IMG/VR virus record: IMGVR_UViG_3300011113_000633
DNA from: an uncultured virus (IMG/VR IMGVR_UViG_3300011113_000633)
Taxonomy: Duplodnaviria; Heunggongvirae; Uroviricota; Caudoviricetes
Length of the DNA stretch: 64,000 nucleotides
Direction: 5' to 3' (one strand)
Below the pieces are notes generated by a model. That model saw nothing but the letters and a program-made list of their open reading frames with translations, made no database searches and was not told the origin of the DNA. The position numbers were made by a program, and so were the translations under genes. Positions 1 to 8,468 of the stretch are shown here, in pieces. Positions within the stretch are counted from its first letter, which is position 1. The number at the start of each line of letters is the position of its first letter.

Positions 1-394
1 CACACGCGCAGACGACCACACACGCACGCGTACAGGCGCGTACGCATGGGCACGCGCATACGCGAGCGCGTACAGGGACGCAACTGCCAAACTCATGAGG
101 GAAGTCATTGAGAAGGGGTATATAGAAGGACAAGATACACGGGATAACAATAGTACGACAGGTGAGTATGGCGCGTAGCCTACCCTTCTGCGCGAGTGAA
201 GGTGTCGCGCAAACGCATAGCCCTAATATAGGCGTATGCGAACGTACGTACGCATGCGTAGATACGCGCAGTACACACGTTATCCACAAGAACGCACTGC
301 TGGGGCTGAAGGTATCCCTTCTATCTGTCAGCCTCAGCAGTCGCCTATCGCGAAGTGACCTATCAGTAGTACCTGCCTCAACGCCTGATACCGC

Positions 395-508
395 AGTGAC
401 GTGGGTCACAGTGTGTGACGGACGTCACTTGGTGACGGGAGGGGTCGTTTGGTAGGCTGGGGTTACGTACCCATGCGTTACTGGGCAAACGGTGTGACGG
501 AGGTCACA
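395..508. promoter_or_regulatory. Three CRP/GlxR-type boxes (395-410, 414-429, 493-508)
   Basis: AGTGA-CGTGGG-TCACA, TGTGA-CGGACG-TCACT and TGTGA-CGGAGG-TCACA; the last is a perfect match to the CRP consensus TGTGA-N6-TCACA. Confidence 0.7.
429..458 (+). promoter_or_regulatory. Repeated promoter copy 1
   Basis: cTTGGTGacg, 18-nt spacer, TAGGCT; same geometry as the copies at 519 and 1151. Confidence 0.6.
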
Positions 509-518
509 GGCGTAGGAC

Positions 519-548
519 TTGGTGACGAGGTGGGTCGTGTGTGAGACT
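519..548 (+). promoter_or_regulatory. Repeated promoter copy 2
   Basis: cTTGGTGacg, 18-nt spacer, GAGACT, upstream of ORF 599. Confidence 0.55.
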
Positions 549-598
549 GGTGACAGAGGCAAGCGAAGGGCAAGCCTCACGACAGAAGGGACAAGGAC

Positions 599-937
599 AT
601 GACAGTAGAGTTCACAGCACGCTTTGACGACAGTCTCAGCGACTACGTGAAGGAGATAGTGAGCGAGGAAGTAGGTGACATTGACGACAAGGTCAATGAC
701 AAGGTCACTGAAGTCTTTGACGGATACGCCGACCCAACCGAGTTTTTTGACATGGGGTCGTACGTCACTGAGGACGACGCTCTGACAGACAGCGCAGTGG
801 AGGAACTGATTGCCGAGAGCGACCTCGCCAAGACAGTGACCACACTGGCGACCACGCTACAGGCAATCACGGACGCACTGGTGGCTGGTGGCTTCGTGCC
901 GACTGGCTGGCAGGCAATTCCAAAGGAGGTGGCGTAA
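599..937 (+). CDS. Hypothetical acidic protein (GC-rich segment)
   Basis: 112-aa ORF, AAGGA RBS upstream, TAATG overlap with next ORF. Confidence 0.75.
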   Translation: MTVEFTARFDDSLSDYVKEIVSEEVGDIDDKVNDKVTEVFDGYADPTEFFDMGSYVTEDDALTDSAVEELIAESDLAKTVTTLATTLQAITDALVAGGFVPTGWQAIPKEVA

Positions 938-1104
938 TGCCGAGCCTCGCCAAAGAGAACGCTCGTGTGCTCATGTACGCCGACCTAGCAGGGCTGGCGG
1001 ACTGGCTGGAGGACGCTGGGTACGACATGGACGAGAACGCGCAGGCGTGGCTGGAGAGGTGTCTTACGTGGCTGGAGGCGGAGGTGGAGAAGTTGCGCCA
1101 ATAG
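937..1104 (+). CDS. Hypothetical 55-aa protein MPSLAKENARVL...
   Basis: Translated by hand; AAGGAGG RBS and TAATG coupling; below the ORF-track cutoff. Confidence 0.7.
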   Translation: MPSLAKENARVLMYADLAGLADWLEDAGYDMDENAQAWLERCLTWLEAEVEKLRQ

Positions 1105-1119
1105 GTCGTCCCCGACTGG

Positions 1120-1150
1120 GAGGCAGGGAGGATAGTAAACTCTCTGCCTC
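1120..1150 (+). terminator. Stem-loop after ORF 937-1104
   Basis: GAGGCAGGGAG / CTCTCTGCCTC 11-bp stem with one G-U pair; weak U tail. Confidence 0.45.
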
Positions 1151-1180
1151 TTGGTGACGAGCATGGCGACATGCTAGTAT
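1151..1180 (+). promoter_or_regulatory. Repeated promoter copy 3
   Basis: cTTGGTGacg, 18-nt spacer, TAGTAT. Confidence 0.6.
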
Positions 1181-1337
1181 GAGGGTAGGGGGGAGGGTAG
1201 GCAAGCCCCCCCCACCCTTAAACGAACGTGCGTTCGGGGTTAGGGGGTAGGGAACATGCCTCGCTTACACCCATTACCTTCAATAGCCCTATTCCAGGTT
1301 ACAGCGTAAACGGGCAAATAGCCCTATACTATTCTAA

Positions 1338-2045
1338 ATGTCTGATTTATTTACTAATTTTCAACAAATTTTAAGAGACGTTAAAAACAAATACGACATA
1401 AACATGTCCCACCCAAACGGGTCAATTATTTATGAAAAACCGTATCCAGCCATAAACAAGTCTGTCTGGATGGAAATCAATCATACAAAAACCCCTTCAA
1501 CTACTTCTTTTAATTTTCAGTTTGATATTCCGCTTGAAAATGGGCATCGTGTGTCTGTTTTAAAAAATAATAGGATTCCTGGGCCTGTTCAATCAGTCAT
1601 ACATGTACCTACTAAATACATGGTTAGACAACCAAATGGTACAAATACAACAAGTTATGTTCACAGGTCAATGAGAGGTGGCGTTGACCTTGATTACATC
1701 AATGTTCCTAAACACCTTGAAGAATATACAGAAAACATTAAGCCTTATCACGAACTTAAAAATAACGACATGTTTCACGATTATGTTAAATCTGTGTCTC
1801 GTCTTCCAAGATTTGGCACAGCCCAACAACACGTTAGGGATAAAAATCCAACTTTTGAAAGTCAACGAGCAATGACTGATGATGAATTAAATGAACATTT
1901 TCAAAACACTCATGGAAACTTAAGGCAAGAAGAATATCCGCATAACATACATTTATACGTTAATGACGTCAATTCAGACAGAATTCTTCAGTACGATTAC
2001 GACATTAAAACTGAAAAACTAACAACTGATGAAGAATGGGACTAG
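1338..2045 (+). CDS. Hypothetical protein, paralog family A
   Basis: Shares HPNG...YPAxNK, IPLENGHR and C-terminal YDIKTE with ORFs 3599 and 4331; TATACT 7 nt before the ATG. Confidence 0.8.
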   Translation: MSDLFTNFQQILRDVKNKYDINMSHPNGSIIYEKPYPAINKSVWMEINHTKTPSTTSFNFQFDIPLENGHRVSVLKNNRIPGPVQSVIHVPTKYMVRQPNGTNTTSYVHRSMRGGVDLDYINVPKHLEEYTENIKPYHELKNNDMFHDYVKSVSRLPRFGTAQQHVRDKNPTFESQRAMTDDELNEHFQNTHGNLRQEEYPHNIHLYVNDVNSDRILQYDYDIKTEKLTTDEEWD

Positions 2046-2070
2046 CACAGTAATAGTATATACTTAATAA

Positions 2071-2448
2071 ATGTCTCTAAATCCCGAACAATTTGGTGAT
2101 GCCATGAAATATAGAGACACACAATTGGTTCCAATCTCACTTTTAAGCACAATGCGTGGCAATGAACTGCGTTATGACGTGTCTGAACTGTCTGAAGACC
2201 TCAAAAAACGTGGATTTAACACTCCAGGCATCATTGATTACTACCAACACGACAGAAGAGCCGTTTTAGGTGAGGGAAATCACCGTTTGGAAGCCGCAAA
2301 ACGAGCAGGATTCACCCATATGCCAGTAACTGTGTACCGTATTGAGGGTTCTGGGAAGAAAAGAGGCATTCCTGTCAGAGGATTTGACCCAGACAGGCAT
2401 AATTACGTTCCAGGGAGGCTCCGTCCTTCAGATATTATGGATATATAA
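2071..2448 (+). CDS. ParB/Srx-like N-terminal domain protein
   Basis: LGEGNHRLEAAKRAG..MPV motif; starts MSLNPEQF. Confidence 0.75.
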   Translation: MSLNPEQFGDAMKYRDTQLVPISLLSTMRGNELRYDVSELSEDLKKRGFNTPGIIDYYQHDRRAVLGEGNHRLEAAKRAGFTHMPVTVYRIEGSGKKRGIPVRGFDPDRHNYVPGRLRPSDIMDI

Positions 2449-2498
2449 AAGATGATTAATTTTTTAAAATCTTTTTCGTCGTTGAGCCGTGCACAATA

Positions 2499-3002
2499 AT
2501 GCCTGCACACGAACACCTCAACAAAATATTGTTTCATGCTTCTACAAGCATTAAACCACCACATAAAAAAAGTAAAAAAAGCCCAAACACTTTTCACGTT
2601 GGAACCATTGGTTCTGCTATTGACCGAGTAAGTCTTAATTCTTTTACTGACGACGCATTATCAGAGTACGACGATGAGAGCATTCCACAAGTAGATGGTT
2701 TTATGCATGTGTACGACGTTCAAGTGCCTAAAAATATGCACACTTATGACGACCCACATGCTTCGGGATACGACGAATACTCCCAAGATGATTGGGACTC
2801 AGAAAACGCTATAGATGAATCATCGGTAAAAGATATTGCGGCATATTTAAACCGTCACGAAGACCCAGGTTCTACTTCTTACATAATAAATAAAAACATG
2901 TTAAAAAATAAAAAAATAAAATATGTTGGAACTATGCCTTTTACAGCCCGTGCAGAAGCGGGAGATGAAAAACGTATTATGAAAGAACTTGGATATGAGT
3001 GA
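2499..3002 (+). CDS. Putative ADP-ribosyltransferase-fold protein
   Basis: LFHAS, FHVGT..SA..R and late Y.N.HED.GS.SY pattern resembling phage ART-like domains; starts MPAHEHLN. Confidence 0.5.
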   Translation: MPAHEHLNKILFHASTSIKPPHKKSKKSPNTFHVGTIGSAIDRVSLNSFTDDALSEYDDESIPQVDGFMHVYDVQVPKNMHTYDDPHASGYDEYSQDDWDSENAIDESSVKDIAAYLNRHEDPGSTSYIINKNMLKNKKIKYVGTMPFTARAEAGDEKRIMKELGYE

Positions 3003-3570
3003 ATATCTTAGCAATGAAGGTTTAGAAACATTTGACGAACGCAGTAGGTTTGAAGAAGGTCTTAGGACGGGTAAACCAAGAAAAGAACAGTTGTGGAATG
3101 AAGAACATTCAAGAATGGTTTATGTTAAATCATTGGGACATATTAATCCTCAGCAGTTTAAAAGACAGTTTCAGCCTCAAAATACAGCAGGTGACCCAGA
3201 TACTTGGTGGGAACCCGAAGAAAAGGACACTTTTCTCCATAGAAACGTTGATTACAAAATGGACGATTTAGTTAAATCTATTAAACAACATGGAATTGTC
3301 CGACCCGTCATTGTTGGCAATCCCGTAGTGTATCCATCAATGGTGCATGAAGGAACTCAAATTTTAAAACCTGACGCAAAACCACATCCACCAGAGGTAT
3401 TAGATGGTATTCATAGAGTTATTGCTGCTTCTAGGGCTGGAATAGACATTCCAGTAAATGTTTTGGATATACGTCATCAACAAGTTATGAAAGATGCTAC
3501 TTATAATTTATCTACAAACCCTGCAGCAAACCCTGCTTTTGCAAAATCATCAAGCCGAAGAAAACGTTAA
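2995..3570 (+). CDS. ParB/Srx-like domain protein
   Basis: LVKSIKQHGIVRPVIV...VLDGIHRVIAA; internal HINPQQF. Confidence 0.75.
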   Translation: MSEYLSNEGLETFDERSRFEEGLRTGKPRKEQLWNEEHSRMVYVKSLGHINPQQFKRQFQPQNTAGDPDTWWEPEEKDTFLHRNVDYKMDDLVKSIKQHGIVRPVIVGNPVVYPSMVHEGTQILKPDAKPHPPEVLDGIHRVIAASRAGIDIPVNVLDIRHQQVMKDATYNLSTNPAANPAFAKSSSRRKR

Positions 3571-3598
3571 TGGCACGATGTGTTTGGAGACCAATCTA

Positions 3599-4327
3599 AT
3601 GCCTAGAAACGAACCATCTAATTTTGAACGTCTTCACGGGCACATGCGTAACGTTAAACAAGAGTTGGGCATTGACATGCTTCATCCACACGGTGTTTCA
3701 ATCCACGGCAAAATGTATCCTGCCCATAATAAACACATAGCATTTTCAAAAATAAATTCTCCTGACACTGGTAATGCAGGTTTTAATATTCCACTTGAAA
3801 ACGGGCACAGATTGTATGCGTGGGTAAGTGGTTTGCATCATCCTGAAGGGGTATTAAAAGCAAACTTTGAAGTAACCTATCCACATAAATGGACAGACCT
3901 AGACCCTACACCTAAAAGCGAAGGACGTACAGAAGGCTATTCTTACTACCCAAAGATGACCAACCCTTTTAGAAATACCCCAGACGATGAAGAAGTGTTT
4001 GAAACAGATAATTTAAATCCAAAAAGTCCTGAAGAGTTTTTAGATTTTATGAAGCAAGTAAGTTCTAAACCTACAACAGGCTATAAACGAAGTTGGAAAC
4101 TTTCTACAAATTCTGAATTAATGCGTAACAATCCAGATGAAATGATGGACGAAGATGATTTTGCTGAATTTCACAAATACAAACATGTGGGTGAGGGTCT
4201 TGGAAGTAAAGACGCTGACCCATCACACATTATAAGAACAACTGTTTTTTCTACACCTATGATTAACAACGAAGAACACACTTACGACATCAAAACAGAA
4301 CAATTGAGAAAGGTAGAAGATTATTAA
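3599..4327 (+). CDS. Hypothetical protein, paralog family A
   Basis: HPHG..YPAHNK, FNIPLENGHR, YDIKTEQL; start set at ATG 3599 (GGAG upstream). Confidence 0.8.
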   Translation: MPRNEPSNFERLHGHMRNVKQELGIDMLHPHGVSIHGKMYPAHNKHIAFSKINSPDTGNAGFNIPLENGHRLYAWVSGLHHPEGVLKANFEVTYPHKWTDLDPTPKSEGRTEGYSYYPKMTNPFRNTPDDEEVFETDNLNPKSPEEFLDFMKQVSSKPTTGYKRSWKLSTNSELMRNNPDEMMDEDDFAEFHKYKHVGEGLGSKDADPSHIIRTTVFSTPMINNEEHTYDIKTEQLRKVEDY

Positions 4328-4330
4328 ACA

Positions 4331-4966
4331 ATGAGTAAGGATAAACGAATTAGTGAAATTAACGAACGTTTGCGCGATTTAAAAGAAAACTATCACGTTG
4401 ACCTTGCTAATCCTAAGGGAGTTGGATTAGGAGACAAGGCTTATTTTGCTACAAATAAAAAACTTTCAATGTCTGCTCACGAATACCATACACTTAGTTT
4501 TCCTTTTGAAAATGGACATATTTTAGAAATGTTTATTGAACATAATCCAAATTCACGATTAATGACAGATATTGGTTTTGATATTACATATCCGTCAAAT
4601 ATGGGACTTCATTTAACCCATTTACCATCTAAATATGAAGAAAATAACGGTAAAATGTCAATTCCATTGCATTATGCGTACAGAGGAAGCGACAAAAGTT
4701 TGCACGACGCGCTTGAACATTACGCTAAAGAACCAAGCAAAGCATTAAAAATGCCAGAAGTTGACAGTTGGGAAAATCATAGCGGACGTTTAGTTACTGG
4801 AGAAGCCGCTCAACCAATACATAAAGCCTTTCGTGAAAATAAAGTAAATTTTACTGGTCATCTTAGAGATACAAAACCTAATGAATTAAAAATTTCATAT
4901 CCTGAACAACATTTGATATATAATCTTGTTACAGAAGAATTAGGTGAAGAATACAATTATGAATAA
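4331..4966 (+). CDS. Hypothetical protein, paralog family A (divergent)
   Basis: NPKG..YFATNK, FPFENGH, YNLVTEEL. Confidence 0.75.
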   Translation: MSKDKRISEINERLRDLKENYHVDLANPKGVGLGDKAYFATNKKLSMSAHEYHTLSFPFENGHILEMFIEHNPNSRLMTDIGFDITYPSNMGLHLTHLPSKYEENNGKMSIPLHYAYRGSDKSLHDALEHYAKEPSKALKMPEVDSWENHSGRLVTGEAAQPIHKAFRENKVNFTGHLRDTKPNELKISYPEQHLIYNLVTEELGEEYNYE

Positions 4967-4969
4967 AAA

Positions 4970-5215
4970 ATGAAAGTTTGGATTGACCAAGATTTATGCA
5001 CGGGAGATGGGTTATGCGCCGAGATAGCACCAGATGTATTCATAATGCTGGAGGATGGATTGGCGTACGTGCAGGAGAATGGGAAAATATATTCCAAACT
5101 GCGAGGCAACCCAGAAGGCGCAAGCGGTTTAGCCTCTTTCGCAGAAGACCGCCTTGGTGATGTAATAGAAGCCGCAGAAGACTGCCCTGGCGAATGTATT
5201 TTCATAGAACCATAA
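4970..5215 (+). CDS. fdx: Single-cluster ferredoxin (actinobacterial type)
   Basis: MKVWIDQDLCTGDGLC...APDVF...CPGECI (CxxDxxC...CP). Confidence 0.92.
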   Translation: MKVWIDQDLCTGDGLCAEIAPDVFIMLEDGLAYVQENGKIYSKLRGNPEGASGLASFAEDRLGDVIEAAEDCPGECIFIEP

Positions 5216-5232
5216 AGATGTATAATTAGACT

Positions 5233-5508
5233 ATGGCTAAAGGAAAACCTGAAGAGAACAACCCTAAACGAAGGCCCAAAAGACCACGACCACCAGGATT
5301 GTCTGTTCCATTAAATTCTTCAATTAGAAAAAAAGAAAAAGAAATGCGTGGCGGAGTGGACATATCAAAAATTAAATCCAGTGTTACTGAAGAAGATATG
5401 GATAGCCATCCGTACCTGACCGACGAACAAGTACTTAATCCTCTTCTAGATGAAGAAGGCGAATGGGTAATTGATGAAGAAGCCACAGAAACTATTAGAA
5501 ATTACTAA
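5233..5508 (+). CDS. Hypothetical protein
   Basis: 91-aa ORF; TATAAT 6 nt before the ATG. Confidence 0.7.
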   Translation: MAKGKPEENNPKRRPKRPRPPGLSVPLNSSIRKKEKEMRGGVDISKIKSSVTEEDMDSHPYLTDEQVLNPLLDEEGEWVIDEEATETIRNY

Positions 5509-5870
5509 TGGCTATTTATCGTAAGGGAGAAAATCAGTTTGAATTGCACCAAAGTGCGCGTCTTGGGCAAAACAAACGAGAAATGAACAGAAAAGCGGCA
5601 ACGGAAGCCTTTGGCAATATGCAAGAAAACCCAATGGCAGCAATTCAATCAACAGATTTTTTGGCAGAAGACGTTTCTCGTCAAATATCTTATGAAGCAG
5701 GATTAGAAGATACAACAGTTGAATCGCACAAAACACAAAACAGATTTATGAACGCAGTAGCAGAATCCGCTGGTTTAAAAACAGACATGTCCATTCCAAT
5801 CTCTGGTGATGACTTGGCTAGAGGAGCCGCAGGTAAAAAAGCGTTAGAGTCTTTAAAAGACCTTAAGTAA
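5508..5870 (+). CDS. Hypothetical protein
   Basis: 120-aa ORF with TAATG coupling. Confidence 0.7.
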   Translation: MAIYRKGENQFELHQSARLGQNKREMNRKAATEAFGNMQENPMAAIQSTDFLAEDVSRQISYEAGLEDTTVESHKTQNRFMNAVAESAGLKTDMSIPISGDDLARGAAGKKALESLKDLK

Positions 5871-5873
5871 TTA

Positions 5874-6335
5874 TCAGTCTTCTTCCATTTGACTAGACCA
5901 CTGAAACATGTTGATGTGGTGATTAATCTTTTCCGCATCTTTAGCCATCGCTTGTGTTACTGGATGGTCTTTTCCTAAATTATAGTGAACTACTTGGTGC
6001 ATGCTATTAAGGTTATTTCTAATTATTTCTAAGTGGTCTCTTGTTTCAGCATGCTTTCCATTACCGCCCCTATTACGAACATAACTCTCGTTTGCTAAAA
6101 AATCATGCGTATCTAAAGCGTTTACGTATTTATCTAAATAATGGGTAGTAATAGGCCACGAACGGTGTGGGTTTTGGTTACCATTATGGTCTAACCTAAT
6201 TTTCATATAGTGTAAATCGTGGCTAATTGCAATTATAGGACCAAGCCTATCAAACAGTTCTTTACGCTCTTGTTCTTGACCCTCATAGTCATGGGGATGT
6301 AGATTTTCGTAGTCTTCGCCACTGTCATCGCTCAT
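5874..6335 (-). CDS. Hypothetical protein (His-rich)
   Basis: Reverse-strand ORF; start set at ATG 6335 (MSDDSG), 7 nt after GATAAT. Confidence 0.65.
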   Translation of the reverse strand: MSDDSGEDYENLHPHDYEGQEQERKELFDRLGPIIAISHDLHYMKIRLDHNGNQNPHRSWPITTHYLDKYVNALDTHDFLANESYVRNRGGNGKHAETRDHLEIIRNNLNSMHQVVHYNLGKDHPVTQAMAKDAEKINHHINMFQWSSQMEED

Positions 6336-6371
6336 ATTATCCATTATCTCATATTGTTGTATCCTTGTAGT

Positions 6372-7013
6372 ATGTCTGCTTCTAACCATGTAAACAAATA
6401 CTTATTTGGTGAATTGTTTGAGCAAATGCATGGAATAACCATAGATGACGCCTTGTCGGGCAATAAAGTTAAAATGGTTGGAATACACAACGAAAGAGAC
6501 CCAGGTTCTCAATGGTTTACACCAGAAGAACACGATGAGGTAATGGAAAAACCATGGTCAGAAATACACTCAAAACTTACCGCGCCTACTGACCCAGAAG
6601 CAACAGTTCGTAAATATCAACTAGTTAACCCAGTTCAACATTTTATTGCAGGTGGAAGTCTTTATGAAAACGCCGCGCAATTACGAGACCTGACTCCTTT
6701 TTTACGCAATGCTTCTCGTGCCAATGAAGTTCCTTTGTATCGCGGCGCTAATCGCCCTCCAGCAGTTGATTCTGGTAGAGATAGACCTCTTGGGTTTACT
6801 CCAGACAGGTATGCTGCTGTTAGTTATACAAAAGACAGGTGGGATGGTCGTGGTCGTGGACAAATCTTTAAAGCAAGCGCTGGAACAGTTAAAGGTGTGC
6901 CTTTGCGAGAAGTAGGCGGTAATCAAATGTATGTCAATAAAAAAACAAAAAGAAGAGACTACGAATGGTTAGTGTTACCAGAGACTATCCCTCAAGAATG
7001 GCCTGATAAATAA
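6372..7013 (+). CDS. Putative ADP-ribosyltransferase, R-S-E (exotoxin-like) clade
   Basis: LYRG...GFT.D...A..Y...IFK...DYEWLV; starts MSASNHVN; TATCCT 6 nt before the ATG. Confidence 0.6.
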   Translation: MSASNHVNKYLFGELFEQMHGITIDDALSGNKVKMVGIHNERDPGSQWFTPEEHDEVMEKPWSEIHSKLTAPTDPEATVRKYQLVNPVQHFIAGGSLYENAAQLRDLTPFLRNASRANEVPLYRGANRPPAVDSGRDRPLGFTPDRYAAVSYTKDRWDGRGRGQIFKASAGTVKGVPLREVGGNQMYVNKKTKRRDYEWLVLPETIPQEWPDK

Positions 7014-7426
7014 TGGCTGCTCATGAACATTTAAATGAAGAACTTTTTCATGGGTCATCAGACAGGTTTGGTATCCTTAAAAAAGGACAAATAATAATTC
7101 CTGGAAATAGTGTTCGCGGATTAATCAATCAACATCATCAAGATTCTGAATACCCAGAAGCCTTAGACTATGCACACGCAACATTTAGCCGAGAACGTGC
7201 AGAAATATATGCTGATTGGGCAGCAAACGGTTATTTAAATGAAGTAGGGAAGCCAGTGGGACATGAAAATATTGAAAAACATGGAATCGCTAAACCAATT
7301 GTTTATTCAGTAAAACCTGCAGCGGACCAAGAAGATGACCCGCAAGATTGGCAGTCTGTTCGTTCTAAACAGGGATTTGAAGTAATTGGTCGCCGTCGTA
7401 TGAGAAAGTTAAAGTTTTTAAAATAA
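7013..7426 (+). CDS. Putative ADP-ribosyltransferase, Arr-like (H-Y clade)
   Basis: LFHGSS..LKKGQIIIPG..AHAT..A.IYA..IVYSVKP resembles the rifampin ART (Arr) fold; starts MAAHEHLN. Confidence 0.6.
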   Translation: MAAHEHLNEELFHGSSDRFGILKKGQIIIPGNSVRGLINQHHQDSEYPEALDYAHATFSRERAEIYADWAANGYLNEVGKPVGHENIEKHGIAKPIVYSVKPAADQEDDPQDWQSVRSKQGFEVIGRRRMRKLKFLK

Positions 7427-7800
7427 TGGCTGCTCACGAACATTTAAATAAAAATCAACTACGCATGTTTATGCGACCACATGAAATATATAACCTTGTT
7501 GTTGACTCCATTGACAGAGCAGATGGAGAAACTTTAGAAGATACATGGGTAAACAAAAAGTCTGAATTATCTCACGGGTACCGCTCTTTAGCAGACAGCG
7601 TTTTAAAAGAAGGAGTTAAACGCCCTATAACAATAATGTTAAATCATGGTCATTACAAAGATTTTACAATGGGCCAAGGTCACCATCGTGTAAAATCAGC
7701 CGAAGTTGCAGAATTTAAAACAGGAAAAGAATACTATGTACCAATTGTATATGATTGGGATTGGGACGAAACAGATAACAAACGATATGACCCTATGTGA
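7426..7800 (+). CDS. ParB/Srx-like domain protein
   Basis: LADSVLKEGVKRPITI...GQGHHRVKSA; starts MAAHEHLN. Confidence 0.7.
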   Translation: MAAHEHLNKNQLRMFMRPHEIYNLVVDSIDRADGETLEDTWVNKKSELSHGYRSLADSVLKEGVKRPITIMLNHGHYKDFTMGQGHHRVKSAEVAEFKTGKEYYVPIVYDWDWDETDNKRYDPM

Positions 7801-7812
7801 GATAATGGACCT

Positions 7813-7968
7813 ATGGCAGATTTAAACGCAGAACAATTCCTTGTAGAAAGCCCAACTGCTGCCGCAAAATATGCAGAAAACGCTTTAATTACAATGAATG
7901 TAAAAATACCAAAAGTAGACCATAAAGACAAATACATTGACTATTTGTTTGATGAATGGAACGATTGA
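7813..7968 (+). CDS. Hypothetical 51-aa protein MADLNAEQF...
   Basis: Translated by hand; GATAAT 6 nt before the ATG; TGATG coupling to next ORF. Confidence 0.65.
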   Translation: MADLNAEQFLVESPTAAAKYAENALITMNVKIPKVDHKDKYIDYLFDEWND

Positions 7969-8468
7969 TGAATTTATTTGTTAAAAGTCATGTAGAAGAA
8001 GACCCACTAGACGAACACTTTGAAGGTGACACTAAGCATATATTTAACAAATATATATCTCATATAAATGATGTACAGCAAGAATTGGTTGCTAGAAACC
8101 CACGAGGTTGGCAAGACGAATTTGAAAGTAGATTAGAACATTTTGCTACCGAGGCTGGTAGGCGACACGGGACGCATGTACGGGTAACACAAGAAGATGA
8201 TAAACATATTATTAATGTTTATTCTCCACGTGCTGCAAGAAGTATGGGATTAATGGACATGCGACAACGAACACCAAAAGAAGAACAATTAAAAAAATTA
8301 CAAGAACAACAATTTCGCGACCAACTTGATGAGGTTGCATTTAACCGTTTGGCACGTTCCAGTAAAAGAATGTACGACGCAGCCATACACCATGACCTTT
8401 TAAGTGAAGGAAGTTTTACGCTTGACCCAGATGCTGAAGACCCAAAGGACATTTACAGGCCCTCTTAA
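7968..8468 (+). CDS. Hypothetical protein
   Basis: Long ORF coupled on both sides. Confidence 0.7.
   Translation: MNLFVKSHVEEDPLDEHFEGDTKHIFNKYISHINDVQQELVARNPRGWQDEFESRLEHFATEAGRRHGTHVRVTQEDDKHIINVYSPRAARSMGLMDMRQRTPKEEQLKKLQEQQFRDQLDEVAFNRLARSSKRMYDAAIHHDLLSEGSFTLDPDAEDPKDIYRPS

Noticed and set aside
162..455. 97-aa ORF in the GC-rich segment
   Set aside because: Runs through low-complexity tracts and the CRP/promoter elements; no RBS or protein-like features
888..1157. Track ORFs 888-1157 (+) and 867-1172 (-)
   Set aside because: Alternative frames of the better-supported ORF 937-1104, which has an RBS and stop-start coupling
7013..7426. Calling this gene a rifampin-resistance arr
   Set aside because: Only fold-level motif resemblance; the substrate cannot be inferred
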